64,000 nucleotides of DNA from Octopus vulgaris (GCA_951406725.2 OX597830.1:1674001-1738000); one strand, 5' to 3'; positions 1-9,645 are shown, counted from the first letter of the stretch. Program-made: numbers and translations. The notes: generated from the sequence alone by a model not told the origin.

Positions 1-40
1 GTCGTGTTCAGCAGTAAATATAGTGATAATACTAATAATA

Positions 41-207
41 ATGGTTTCAAATTTTGCCACAAGGGCCGCAATTTTGGGACAGAGAATGAGTCGATTACAT
101 TGACACCAGTACTCAACTGGTAATTAATTTATCGACCCCGAAAGGATGAACGGCAAAATCGACCTCGGCGGAATTTGAACACAGAATATAATAACAGAAG
201 AAATACC
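41..207 (-). mobile_element. tRNA-derived CORE-type SINE, 3' part (tail type A), interrupted at the head stem-loop
   Basis: Reverse complement carries the B-box GTTCAAATTCC and the core shared with 36157-36385. Tail is ...CCTTGTGGCAAAATTTGAAACCA followed by (TTA)n. Breaks off at AGAAGAAATAC, where the next SINE's 3' end begins. Confidence 0.85.
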
Positions 208-391
208 TATTTCTTTACTACCCACAAGGGGCTAAACATAGAGGGGACAACCAAGGACAGACAAACGGATTAAGTCAATTATATCGACCCCAGTGCGTAA
301 CTGGTACTTAATTTATCGACCCCAAAAGGACGAAAGGCAAAGTCGGCATCGGCGGAATTTGAACCCAGAACGTAACGGAAGACGAAATACG
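208..391 (-). mobile_element. tRNA-derived SINE, 3' part (Tx1-like tail type B); head lies at 5737-5794
   Basis: Colinear with the complete copy at 36157-36385 (B-box, core, tail GCCCCTTGTGGGTAGTAAAGAAATA). Ends at the TSD AGACGAAATACG (380-391). Confidence 0.9.
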
Positions 392-568
392 AATTTCTTT
401 ATTGCCCACCGGGGGCCAAACATAGATATGGACAGTACAACTGATGGGATCAGTGAATCGATATGATTTTACATAAATGTGACATCAAAAATAAAATACA
501 ATACATAAAAATCGAATGGAATACACAGTACAAAAACAATACAAATGAAGCGATGATCAAGTTACGTT

Positions 569-619
569 CCGATCCCACAAGCCCCGATCCCACAAGCCCC
601 GATCCCACAAGCCCCGATC
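569..619 (-). repeat. 15-bp tandem repeat (GGGGCTTGTGGGATC) x3 in the LINE 3' UTR
   Basis: GATCCCACAAGCCCC read directly at 571, 586 and 601 on the plus strand. Confidence 0.95.
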
Positions 620-669
620 TACCGCTGATACCTTTTTATTTTTCCTTTTTTTTTTTTTTCCTCGTCTAT

Positions 670-3600
670 TCACACGGTTCCTTGCACGCACAACACTCGT
701 GCAACATACTTCCATCTCTTTTGGAACGTACACTCTGACAGACCCCTCTTCTCCAGCCACAGTTTCCTTTTCAAATGAAAAGAAAAAAAGGATCGTAAAT
801 TGTCACCAGAGATAAAGTTGCCTGTCTTAATTCCTTTTATCCTAGTCTTCCATACTGCCTCTTTTGCTATTGCTACAACCGTGAGAAAACAATTCTTACC
901 TTCGTTCGTTAGAACTCCCGGTGGGTCAATTTTTATAATTGACTCAGTCGACAGCCGTACTCTTCCTTCGCCGGACAACAGATGTTCAGCATAAGCCCAC
1001 ATTTCAGTTATCTCCGGACACTGAACAATAGCGTGAGAGACGGTTTCCCTATCCCCCCCGCATCTTGGACAGGTCGGCGACTGACGTTTACCATGTCTTG
1101 CGAGCTTATCCCAAACGGGCAAGGCACCTCTGTAGCATTGCCAGGTTAAGGACTTTTGGAAGATGTCCAACGTTCTCAACCCGAATGTACGATGAAACAA
1201 GCTGTCCAGTTGAATAAATCCGAGACCTAGAGTCGACCCCAGGCCATCGTCGCATTCAGACTCTACCCACCCACTATATAAAATCCGTGTGGAACCCCCA
1301 CCGCTGGCGTTGCCCGAGCGCCGGAACAGCAAGAGGGCCTTACGGCAATCTTTATGCCACTCACTCGACCTCGGTCTACGAGAACACCAGGCTTCCTGTT
1401 CGCAAAAACTCTTGAACTCAGGGAACATTTGTCTGGCCAGCGGAGACCACACCCGTTCACTATCCAGGAGAATCCAGAGGTGCCTCAACCTCAACGCATG
1501 TCTGCGCATCATTAACCAAGGCATCCCTAAACCTCCATTTAAAGGCTTTTGACAGCAGACAGAGCGTTTCACAAGTGGCGACCTGCCCTTCCACAAAAAG
1601 CGAAAGAGCTGTCTCTCCAACCTGATCAACCACGAATCCGGACAGGACACGACGGTCAGGCGGTAGGTAATGACCGATGCGATAAACACATTGGCCACTT
1701 CCGCCCTCCCTTTCAGGGATAGCCACCGCCAAGACCAGGTCTTGACTACTGCAGCCACCCTGCTCAATACCTCCGTCCAGTTCTTCTCTATCTGGAGGCC
1801 TGGTCCAAACCAGACTCCCAGCAACTTAACCGGTCCCTCCGTCCAGCGCCTAACAACACTGTCTGAAGGCATCGACTTGCCAACCCAGGTGCCGAGCTGC
1901 AAGCCGACCGACTTTTCCCGGTTAATCTTTGCTCCTGCTACATCCTCGTAAGCCTCAATAGTCTTACCTACTTCACGTAGGCGTGCCACTGTGGTTACAC
2001 TGATAGTGATATCATCCGCGAAAGCCGTAACAAACTCCTCTAGTCCTGTTTCTCTCGGGATGCCACTCAACCTTTGCAGTAATGGCTCGAGAGCCATCAC
2101 ATACAAAAGTGGTGAAAGCGGACATCCTTGACGAACCGAGCGTCTGATGCAGAACGGCTTCGAAAGGAAACCGTTCACCCGAACTATCGAGTCAATGTTG
2201 TGGTACAAAGCGATAAACCACCTGAGGAAGCCAAGGCCCAGGCCAAACCGCGCAAGTACAGTCGCTAGGTATCGATGGTCAACCCTATCAAAAGCTTTAG
2301 ACTGGTCCAAATGCACCAATGCCCCACCTTTGCCAGATTTATTACCAAAACTCTCTATGGTATAGCGAATAAGATGGAGGGTATCCTGAATGGTTCTGCC
2401 TGGGATGGCACATGTCTGCGTCTCCCCGACTATACCATTCGCGACACGCGCCAACCTTTTTGCTAGAACCTTGGCCAAAATCTTCACTTCTGCGTTTAAC
2501 AGAGTGATGGGCCTGGAATTCTCTAGAACGTCCCCCTTGTCCGGGTCCTTTCTGACCAACGTCACTACTCCCCGGCGCACAGATCTGGGGATAAACCCAT
2601 TCTGTTTCCAGTTCGCGTACACGTCAGTCAGTAGTTGCCCGAACAAGTCTGGCATACATTTATACAGCTCGTACGGAAGACCATCAAGTCCCGGTGACTT
2701 ACCCGCTTTACAATCGGCCAAAGCCTCCATCACCTCCTCAGGTGTGATTGACCCTTCGCAAGACTCCGCATCCGACCCCGAGAGGCACGGCAGCCCGGAA
2801 AGAAAGTCCTCGAGGGCTCTCCCACCACCAGGACCGCCGTCACCCCCGAACAGCTGGGCGAAGTACTCCCGAAAGACCTCACACATTTTCTCGGGTTCGT
2901 TTATCAAGACACCATTTTGATTCGTCAAAGACCGAATAGAGGAACTATTTCCTTGCCGAGCTTCCACCACTCGGGCCCATCCAGCGGCTTTGATTCCTTC
3001 ACTTCCCATTGCACGTAACTTAGCTCTGGTAATACTTCCCATGTGGTGGGCTTCAAGATGCTGGTTTAACTCCAGTCTTTTCACCCTCGCTTGGTCTGTA
3101 TTACCAGTCCTCCAGGCTTCTTCTAGTTCCTTAACTAGACCATCTCCTATTTTACGTCCCTTCTTAGCTAAACTTATGCTAAACCTAATAGACTCATATT
3201 TGATGGCTCTTTTTAGGGCGTACCACCATTTGTTATTAATGATGGTACCTGTTAATGCCCTCTGTATTAACATCTTGATCCGCTTTCTGTACTCCTCAAT
3301 CGCCAAAAGGGACGTATTGAGTTTCCAGTAGCCAGATCTCTGTCTATGCAACTTATCTACCGTCAGTTTACAGGTAACCATCTTGTGGTCACTGTAGCTG
3401 ACTAGAAAAAACTGTGGACACTCAACTATGGACTTATCTTTTTCTCTAATTAAAATCCTATCTAGATATGTTCTGGTAGACCCGTCACTATTTGACCACG
3501 TCCACTGTGGAGTGTTCGGGTGCTCCAACCTATATGGATCTGCTAGCTGAAATTGACTTAGCAGATCCCGAAAGCCTGGGTTATATTTTCTGTTCATGTT

Positions 3601-4074
3601 CGAGTTTGAGCCAACACAATCTGTGTGTGCTGCACATATTGTATTAGAGTCTCCTAACACTACTAGTGAATGCGACGTGGCTAGGAACTTTCCTAGGCCA
3701 CGAAAATATTCAGTTTGCGGGCCAATAATGTTTGGTGCGTAAATAGCGACCAGCCTGATTGTCTTGCCACAACTGAATGTCAAGTCGAGAACGACCAGCC
3801 TGCCTTCTGGGTCAGAAAAAACCAACTTTTTCTCGGCTACCCGGTTTCTTTTTAGTAGGACCAACACCCCACCCCCACCTCCCGCCCGACTCGGAGAAAC
3901 GTATTTCTCGTAGCCGTTCAGGAGGGGGAGCAGATCTCTTGGCCCCTTCACTCGGGTTTCCGTTGCAACAATTACATCCAAATTTCTCGACCTGATGTCA
4001 TTCAGAAAGCGTCCTTGCTTCCAGCTTGACAACAGGCCATGAACATTTAAACAACCAATGTGAATAGCCATCAC
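670..4074 (-). CDS. Tx1-like ORF2: APE endonuclease + reverse transcriptase + C-terminal CCHC finger (1134 aa, uninterrupted)
   Basis: EN motifs NVHGL, ET, IYAPN, GDSN, TW, YLDRI, SDH. RT motifs KSPGLDG, RPITLLN, LDQSKAFDRV, VRQGCPLSP, FADD, LLGV. C-terminal CPRC-X7-HAIVQC. Confidence 0.95.
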   Translation of the reverse strand: MMAIHIGCLNVHGLLSSWKQGRFLNDIRSRNLDVIVATETRVKGPRDLLPLLNGYEKYVSPSRAGGGGGVLVLLKRNRVAEKKLVFSDPEGRLVVLDLTFSCGKTIRLVAIYAPNIIGPQTEYFRGLGKFLATSHSLVVLGDSNTICAAHTDCVGSNSNMNRKYNPGFRDLLSQFQLADPYRLEHPNTPQWTWSNSDGSTRTYLDRILIREKDKSIVECPQFFLVSYSDHKMVTCKLTVDKLHRQRSGYWKLNTSLLAIEEYRKRIKMLIQRALTGTIINNKWWYALKRAIKYESIRFSISLAKKGRKIGDGLVKELEEAWRTGNTDQARVKRLELNQHLEAHHMGSITRAKLRAMGSEGIKAAGWARVVEARQGNSSSIRSLTNQNGVLINEPEKMCEVFREYFAQLFGGDGGPGGGRALEDFLSGLPCLSGSDAESCEGSITPEEVMEALADCKAGKSPGLDGLPYELYKCMPDLFGQLLTDVYANWKQNGFIPRSVRRGVVTLVRKDPDKGDVLENSRPITLLNAEVKILAKVLAKRLARVANGIVGETQTCAIPGRTIQDTLHLIRYTIESFGNKSGKGGALVHLDQSKAFDRVDHRYLATVLARFGLGLGFLRWFIALYHNIDSIVRVNGFLSKPFCIRRSVRQGCPLSPLLYVMALEPLLQRLSGIPRETGLEEFVTAFADDITISVTTVARLREVGKTIEAYEDVAGAKINREKSVGLQLGTWVGKSMPSDSVVRRWTEGPVKLLGVWFGPGLQIEKNWTEVLSRVAAVVKTWSWRWLSLKGRAEVANVFIASVITYRLTVVSCPDSWLIRLERQLFRFLWKGRSPLVKRSVCCQKPLNGGLGMPWLMMRRHALRLRHLWILLDSERVWSPLARQMFPEFKSFCEQEAWCSRRPRSSEWHKDCRKALLLFRRSGNASGGGSTRILYSGWVESECDDGLGSTLGLGFIQLDSLFHRTFGLRTLDIFQKSLTWQCYRGALPVWDKLARHGKRQSPTCPRCGGDRETVSHAIVQCPEITEMWAYAEHLLSGEGRVRLSTESIIKIDPPGVLTNEGKNCFLTVVAIAKEAVWKTRIKGIKTGNFISGDNLRSFFSFHLKRKLWLEKRGLSECTFQKRWKYVARVLCVQGTV

Positions 4075-4180
4075 TTACCTGTTTAATTCGGATTGTCCGG
4101 TGGAGGGGGACCCTCCACCTTTTTTTGATCCAGGGTCGGAGGTGGACGGTCTTGGGAAATAGATTTGTCAAAATCCCGTC

Positions 4181-5215
4181 TCACCACCGACACAGAATTA
4201 TCAGGTGGAGGGGGAATCTCCACCTTTTCCTTTTCTCGCGGGATCTCAATGAAGATACAGTCTTTCTGTACTTATTTTGTAGAATTCTATAGGTCTTATT
4301 TGAGACTTCATATATGTCGTAATTGATAAATTCCTCTGAAAGGTTATCAATTTTTTTAACAGTCTTTATGAGTTGAATGTCTCTCATGAGCTCAGTATCT
4401 TTAGTGTATACGGCTATTATGCCTTTTTCTTCTTTTTCTCTTCTGGCAGTCTTTTTTGGTCGTTGTTCTGTAGTAGTCGCCGCTCTCGGCTGGGTTGCTG
4501 GTTGTATTTTTCTTTTGTTTGTTGTTTTTTTCTCATCTGTTTCTTCTTTATCTTCTTCCTCTTTGTCTTTTTTCTCCTCTTCCTCCTCTTCTTCATTTTC
4601 CTTGCAGTTCCTTCGAATATGGCCTAATTGACCACATAAAAAACATCGAGGTTTTCGGCCCTCAACAAACACCACGAGGTTCTCCTCCCCTACCTCAATT
4701 GTCTCAGGAATTGTTTGAATTATTTTAGGGTCCGCTTGAATGAGAAGATTAATTGTTTGACCATCCCAGCGTGGGTTTTCCGTAGCGGTAGCCTGGAGGA
4801 GAGTAATTTTTTCTACCTCTTTGATTAGGACTGCCGCCAACAACCACATAGGTTCGACCTCTGGCGGGACCCTTGTAATTTTTATTCGCGACGTCCTCAT
4901 CCCCATATAATAGGGGATTAACTCCACGTCGTTCGTTTTCAACGTTTCAACTGAGTTCTTGTGTGCTATTTCTTTATTGGTGAACCTTACTTCCACCGTT
5001 CCGAATTTTTTTCCTCTTCTCAGAAATACTACGTCGCCCAGTATTGGCTTTAAGCACTTTTCTATTTTCTCTTCTGACATTCTTTCAATTTTTCTTTTTT
5101 GTAGACAATATGTTTTGAAAATTATTGTTTTTTGCTTTTCTTCCTGTAATAACTTTTGCGGAGGTTCAAGTTTCACACCGTTGTCAGTTATTTCCATCAT
5201 TTTGCTGTATTTCAT
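4181..5215 (-). CDS. Tx1-like ORF1 (gag-like nucleic-acid-binding protein), central part
   Basis: CX2CX4HX4C knuckle CFLCGQLGHIRRNC, then acidic and basic tracts. Lies directly upstream of ORF2. True ends are probably shifted by frameshifts (see findings). Confidence 0.85.
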   Translation of the reverse strand: MKYSKMMEITDNGVKLEPPQKLLQEEKQKTIIFKTYCLQKRKIERMSEEKIEKCLKPILGDVVFLRRGKKFGTVEVRFTNKEIAHKNSVETLKTNDVELIPYYMGMRTSRIKITRVPPEVEPMWLLAAVLIKEVEKITLLQATATENPRWDGQTINLLIQADPKIIQTIPETIEVGEENLVVFVEGRKPRCFLCGQLGHIRRNCKENEEEEEEEKKDKEEEDKEETDEKKTTNKRKIQPATQPRAATTTEQRPKKTARREKEEKGIIAVYTKDTELMRDIQLIKTVKKIDNLSEEFINYDIYEVSNKTYRILQNKYRKTVSSLRSREKRKRWRFPLHLIILCRW

Positions 5216-5595
5216 AATTTCGCTTTTATTCGTCGACAGTATCTGGGTTCCACCCCAGCAGCCAACGCAAAATTTTTTTTTCCATTTTTTGGTTCTATCT
5301 GGATGCTAGGCACATCAATTATTCTCTTCGACACAATGCCTTTGTTCTCTGGCAGAGTCGGAAACTCTTCTGGTGAAAGTTCTGACGAGCTCTCAGACAC
5401 ATCTCCAAAAATATCAAATATATTATCCTCTCTGCTATTCCTTCTTGTAGCGGGGGAAACCCCTATTTCCTTGTCTGTATTTGGCTCCTCGCCGGACATG
5501 TATTTCCTCCTCTCAACAGGAGAAACAAGTATTTCTGCTCCAACGGTAGGCTCCATGCTAGACGACATTCTTCCCCCCAAAGGGGGAATGAACAA
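5212..5595 (-). CDS. Probable N-terminal part of ORF1, separated by a frameshift
   Basis: 127-aa ORF overlapping the ORF1 ATG. The ORF1 frame is open upstream (GGTQILSTNKSEIMK) and could be joined after KNFALAAG at the G-run near 5252-5256. Confidence 0.55.
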   Translation of the reverse strand: MFIPPLGGRMSSSMEPTVGAEILVSPVERRKYMSGEEPNTDKEIGVSPATRRNSREDNIFDIFGDVSESSSELSPEEFPTLPENKGIVSKRIIDVPSIQIEPKNGKKNFALAAGVEPRYCRRIKAKL

Positions 5596-5736
5596 CGCGT
5601 GCTACCACAAGCACTAAGTGTTTTCAATTGAAAACTCCAACAGTTAAGTTATTCAACAGTTTAACAAGAAACAACAGTTGTTAACAATATTAACACCACG
5701 AAACAGCAATTCTTACTTCACGAACACATGTGCAAC

Positions 5737-5794
5737 AGACGAAATACGGCTACGCATTTCGCCCAGCGTGCTAAAGTTTCTGCCAGCTCGCCGC
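5737..5794 (-). mobile_element. 5' head (A-box region) of the SINE interrupted by the Tx1 element
   Basis: Reverse complement GCGGCGAGCTGGCAGAAACTTTAGCACGCTGGGCGAAATGCGTAGCCGTATTTCGTCT matches the head at 36160-36218. Confidence 0.9.
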
Positions 5795-5803
5795 TTTCAT
5801 TTG

Positions 5804-5856
<53 letters not shown>

Positions 5857-6292
5857 CTACTCAATACCACAGACTTGCTTGTCAGTTGTTTGACCATAAC
5901 CGGATGAACGTTTCCCTTAGTGGCTGACGATATGTGCATCTCTGATCACGAGAAGTAGTGAGGGAATATCATAGCCATGTGTTGAGGGAAATTTTACGGG
6001 ATTTGAATAATTCACCTTTGGAAACAGGGGCATTTCGTTCAATATCTTTTAACAATCCTTATTGAGGTTCCTTTTGAGCTGGATGAGTTACTCGACCTGA
6101 AAAAAATTCTGAGCCCCACCTGCAAGGTCATGCACTGTTTATCTTGATATGAGATCACCATGACGGGTACATGACTGGTTGTGATGCATGTGCCTTGTGT
6201 ACCCTTATCAGACAGGCAGTGATGATGGGTATACAGGGCTTCTTATATTTTAACCCAGTGTCACTTTGATGGCATGCACTGCTCTCTCACTC
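5857..6292 (+). mobile_element. 5'-truncated 3' end of a Dong/R4-like LINE, embedded in (AAT)n
   Basis: Colinear with 31206-31669. Preceded by (AAT)n (5803-5856) and ends CTCTCTCACTC + (AAT)n. Confidence 0.7.
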
Positions 6293-7373
6293 AATAATAA
6301 TAAGTTAGCCGCATCGGATATCGATCGGATTTGATCTCAGAACCGAAACGAATGTAATTAAATGCCTACGCAGAGAGATAAATGGTGATTTAGGCGATCT
6401 TCCCATTATATGCGACAGGAATGGTAATAGAATTTTTATACAACAGCACCACATGTAAAAGCCGACTCGGGGCAGAAAGGAATCAGCTTTGAGTATAAAA
6501 GTGAACTTGTGTTAGATTATTTAGCTGATGTTTAAAATCTTTTACGCTGATGGAATAAATGGTTTGTCAACCTATTCCAAATCCAGATACATCTCAACCA
6601 AGTAAATATGTATTTGCATTAAATAGCAAAAAACATCGATCTGTAAGAGAAGCATATTTATTTGCTCATCTGTCTCGTAATATTGATGTTCTCCGATCCA
6701 TTAATGCACCTCACCACCTCAGACTCTTACAGACATCGAGAAGGCAAATATTTATAACGTTAATTAACTTTAAAATGTAGTTCAGCAACAACAACGTTTA
6801 TCTTTATTCTACTTCTTCCAACTAGAAATGTGCGCTGTGTGTGTGTGTGTGTGCATATATATATATATATATATATGCACACACACACACACACACACAG
6901 GTGTACTTATAGATCTTTTATGCCATAAGAATTTAGAAAGTTTGAGAGACGTGTAATATTTAGATTACAGCAATGGAACTCGAAACATAAATCTGTGAGT
7001 AATAGTCTTCGACTTGTTTTTTTTTCTATCTAAAGGGTTTCTTAACCCAATATTTCCACGCTTTTATAGCTGTACCTACTTCGAATTAAAAACGAATCCT
7101 GCAGACAAGCATGCCGACATACATATATACTGACATACATTACGTACATACACATAAATAAAGAGAAAACTGGAAAAATGTTTTATTTAATCCGCATTAC
7201 ATATGTTACGTTATTAATAGGAGTGACGCAGGTATACATGTCCTGTCTGTAATTCTTCAGATAGAAAACTAAACTATTATTTTAATTCTTGCTCAGAAGA
7301 ATTACTTATAGGAGATGGTTTACTTGTTTTTCTCCTTGAATATTTATGTGACTATTATTACTAAAGCCTATAC

Positions 7374-7580
7374 GGCGTCGGGCTGGCAGAATTTGTAGCA
7401 CGCTGGACGAAATACCTATCTCTGTTTCGTCTTACAGTACTGAACTCAAATTCCACCGAGGTGGACTTTTCCTTTTATCCTTTCGAGATCAATAAATTAA
7501 GTACCAGTGAAGCACTGGAGTGAATGTGATCGACTGCGCCCCTCCCCACAAATTTCAGTCCTTTTTCCTTCAGCCAGAAG
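7374..7580 (+). mobile_element. Diverged CORE-type tRNA SINE
   Basis: GCTGGCAGAAT..TAGCACGCTGG head, CTCAAATTCCACCGAGGTGGACTTT core, TAAATTAAGTACCAGT. Confidence 0.8.
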
Positions 7581-7828
7581 GTTTATTTATAAAACATATT
7601 TAATGCGTATTAAATAATACCAACATATTTCTTTAGCTTTATCTTTTAACATTTGTCAGCTTTTTATAACGTGAATTTACTGCAATAACTATTTTCCAAC
7701 ATCTAATTAATTGTAGTTCCCAGAATTTTCACCTGTCATATAGAATATAACATCTACAGATATACTTTCAAGTCCTGGAATATGCCGATGTGCTTGTCGT
7801 GGACACAGCCTGGTGTATATCTACATAT

Positions 7829-7862
<34 letters not shown>

Positions 7863-8180
7863 CAACAACAATTGAGGAACGGCTTCAATAGGCCATTCGA
7901 CCCACTAGGAAGAGCAGCCAGGACTCCAACCGCAAATAGTAGTAATTCCGAAATTTAAGGAAAAATACAATGTTTTTTTAATTTTCCTTAAATTTCGGAA
8001 TTACTACTATTTGCGTTTGGAGTCCTGGCTGCTCTTTCTAGTGGGTCGAATGGCCTATTGAAGCCGTTCCTCAATTGTTGTTGAATTTATTTATAGTCTT
8101 TGACTATTTCCTCTTTCTCACTAGACCGCTGGTGGCAAAATAATTTCTATTGAATTTTTTGCTACCCTAAATTGATTAAT
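7863..8180. repeat. Fold-back insert in (TA)n: 102-bp inverted repeat plus a unique ~100-bp tail
   Basis: Arms 7863-7964 and 7982-8083 (2 mismatches seen), 17-nt spacer, (TA)n on both sides. Confidence 0.9.
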
Positions 8181-8192
8181 TATATATATAAA

Positions 8193-8244
<52 letters not shown>

Positions 8245-8265
8245 TATATATACTATAATGGAGAA

Positions 8266-9235
8266 TATATACTACAATGGAGGCAAATTCCAGATGCACC
8301 ACCGACTTAGTTCTGCTGTCATCCCCCGTACGAGTGTCGATCGAGAAGGGGGTGAAGCAAGAAGATGCGATCTCTCCAAACATTTTCACCGCATGTCTCG
8401 AGCAGATCATCAGAGGCATCGACTGGCAAGGCAGTGTCAACATCAGTGGTGAGCTACTCACCCACTTCCTTTTTGCTGATGACATCGTAGTCATCGCTGA
8501 AACCACGGATCAGCTTCAGACCATGCTGACGGAGCTCGACATCAAAGCTCTATAGTAGGACTCAAGATGAACCGCAGGAAAACGAAGTTCATGCGGTCCG
8601 ACAACGTACCGAAAGATCGAATGGTGGTCGGCAGTGATGAAGTAGAGGAGGTAAAGGAATATGTCTACCTATGAACAGGAAGGGAATATGTGCCGAGATA
8701 TCGAAAAGGAGATCTTGCGGAGAGTAAGGGCCGGATGGAAGGCGTTCAATGGCATAAGGGATGTGCTCAAGGGAAGGTTGGACAGGACCACCCGCGCCAA
8801 CCTCATCAAGAGCACAGTTCTACCTGCAATGTTATATGGTAATGAAACATGGGCTACAACAAAGAGAGAAGAACAGAGACTGGTAACGGCTGAAAGAGCA
8901 ACGGAAAGGTCAATGCTTGGAATCTCGTTGAGAGAGCACATCAGTAACGAGGTCATCAGAAAGAAGTCCAGCGTGAGAGATGTCATTATATGATATATAC
9001 GCAGCAGGTTGAGATGGGCTGGACACGTCGCCCGGATCACCGATAATCGGTGGACCCGCGCGAGCGGAAACGACCACTCGGAAGGCCTCCACGACGATGG
9101 AGTTACGATTTTAGGAGGGCGATTGGGACCACATGGATGAAGAAGGCGTGATCCAGAGAGGAGTGGACAGCGTGTCGTGACCAGCGGTGTCAAATGGACA
9201 CCTGACGGACTGGTCGGTCAAGGTATTCAAGGTGT
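8266..9235 (+). mobile_element. 5'-truncated RTE-clade LINE (RT C-terminal half, with stops and frameshifts)
   Basis: GVKQEDAISP, LFADDIV, EYVYL, VLPAMLYGNETW, RWAGHVAR. 3' tail TCAAGGTATTCAAGGT. Candidate TSD TAATGGAGAA at 8256-8265 and 9236-9245. Confidence 0.88.
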
Positions 9236-9570
9236 TAATGGAGAAAGCTGCTTATTAATTAGGTATGTAACAATTACTAAAAGTACTAAAAGAAAGCAAT
9301 CATTAAAGGGTTGACCTCTGCAAATATTTTTATAAGTTTATATTCTAAGAAAGTTTCTTATCATATCGATCTCTCAAGTTTATTGAATTTTTTAACTCCA
9401 ATTTCTTGTAAATTTAAATATTTACTGCGTCCAGTTCATCACAAATCTAATTATTCATTGCGTTCACTGCAGAGTATTCCATTTTCATTTGCAAAGTCTC
9501 TCACATACTCCTTCAAGTTTTAATTCGCTATTAATGTATACGTAATGTAAAGACATTTTGTCTGATAATA

Positions 9571-9645
9571 ATTAGCTTAATTGGTTCAGAACACCGCGAC
9601 GCATAATCACGGAGGTGTGAGTTCGAGTATTATAGCCGGGTGCCA
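9571..9645 (+). mobile_element. tRNA-like SINE head or tRNA pseudogene
   Basis: A-box-like TAGCTTAATTGG, loop CGCATAA, B-box-like GAGTTCGAGT. Acceptor stem not recognisable. Confidence 0.5.

Larger units (their letters stand above)
392..5736 (-). mobile_element. Near full-length Tx1-type (L1 group) non-LTR retrotransposon
   Basis: Zinc-knuckle ORF1 followed by an APE-RT-zinc finger ORF2. Flanked by the 12-bp direct repeat AGACGAAATACG (380-391, 5737-5748). The two halves of one SINE lie on either side. Confidence 0.93.

Noticed and set aside
800-5617. Plus-strand ORFs overlapping the Tx1 element
   Set aside because: These are antisense shadows of ORF1 and ORF2 with no recognisable motifs.
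5915-5970. CTGACGA as a hammerhead core in the Dong-like UTR (also ~31295)
   Set aside because: No stem II closed by GAAA at the required spacing.
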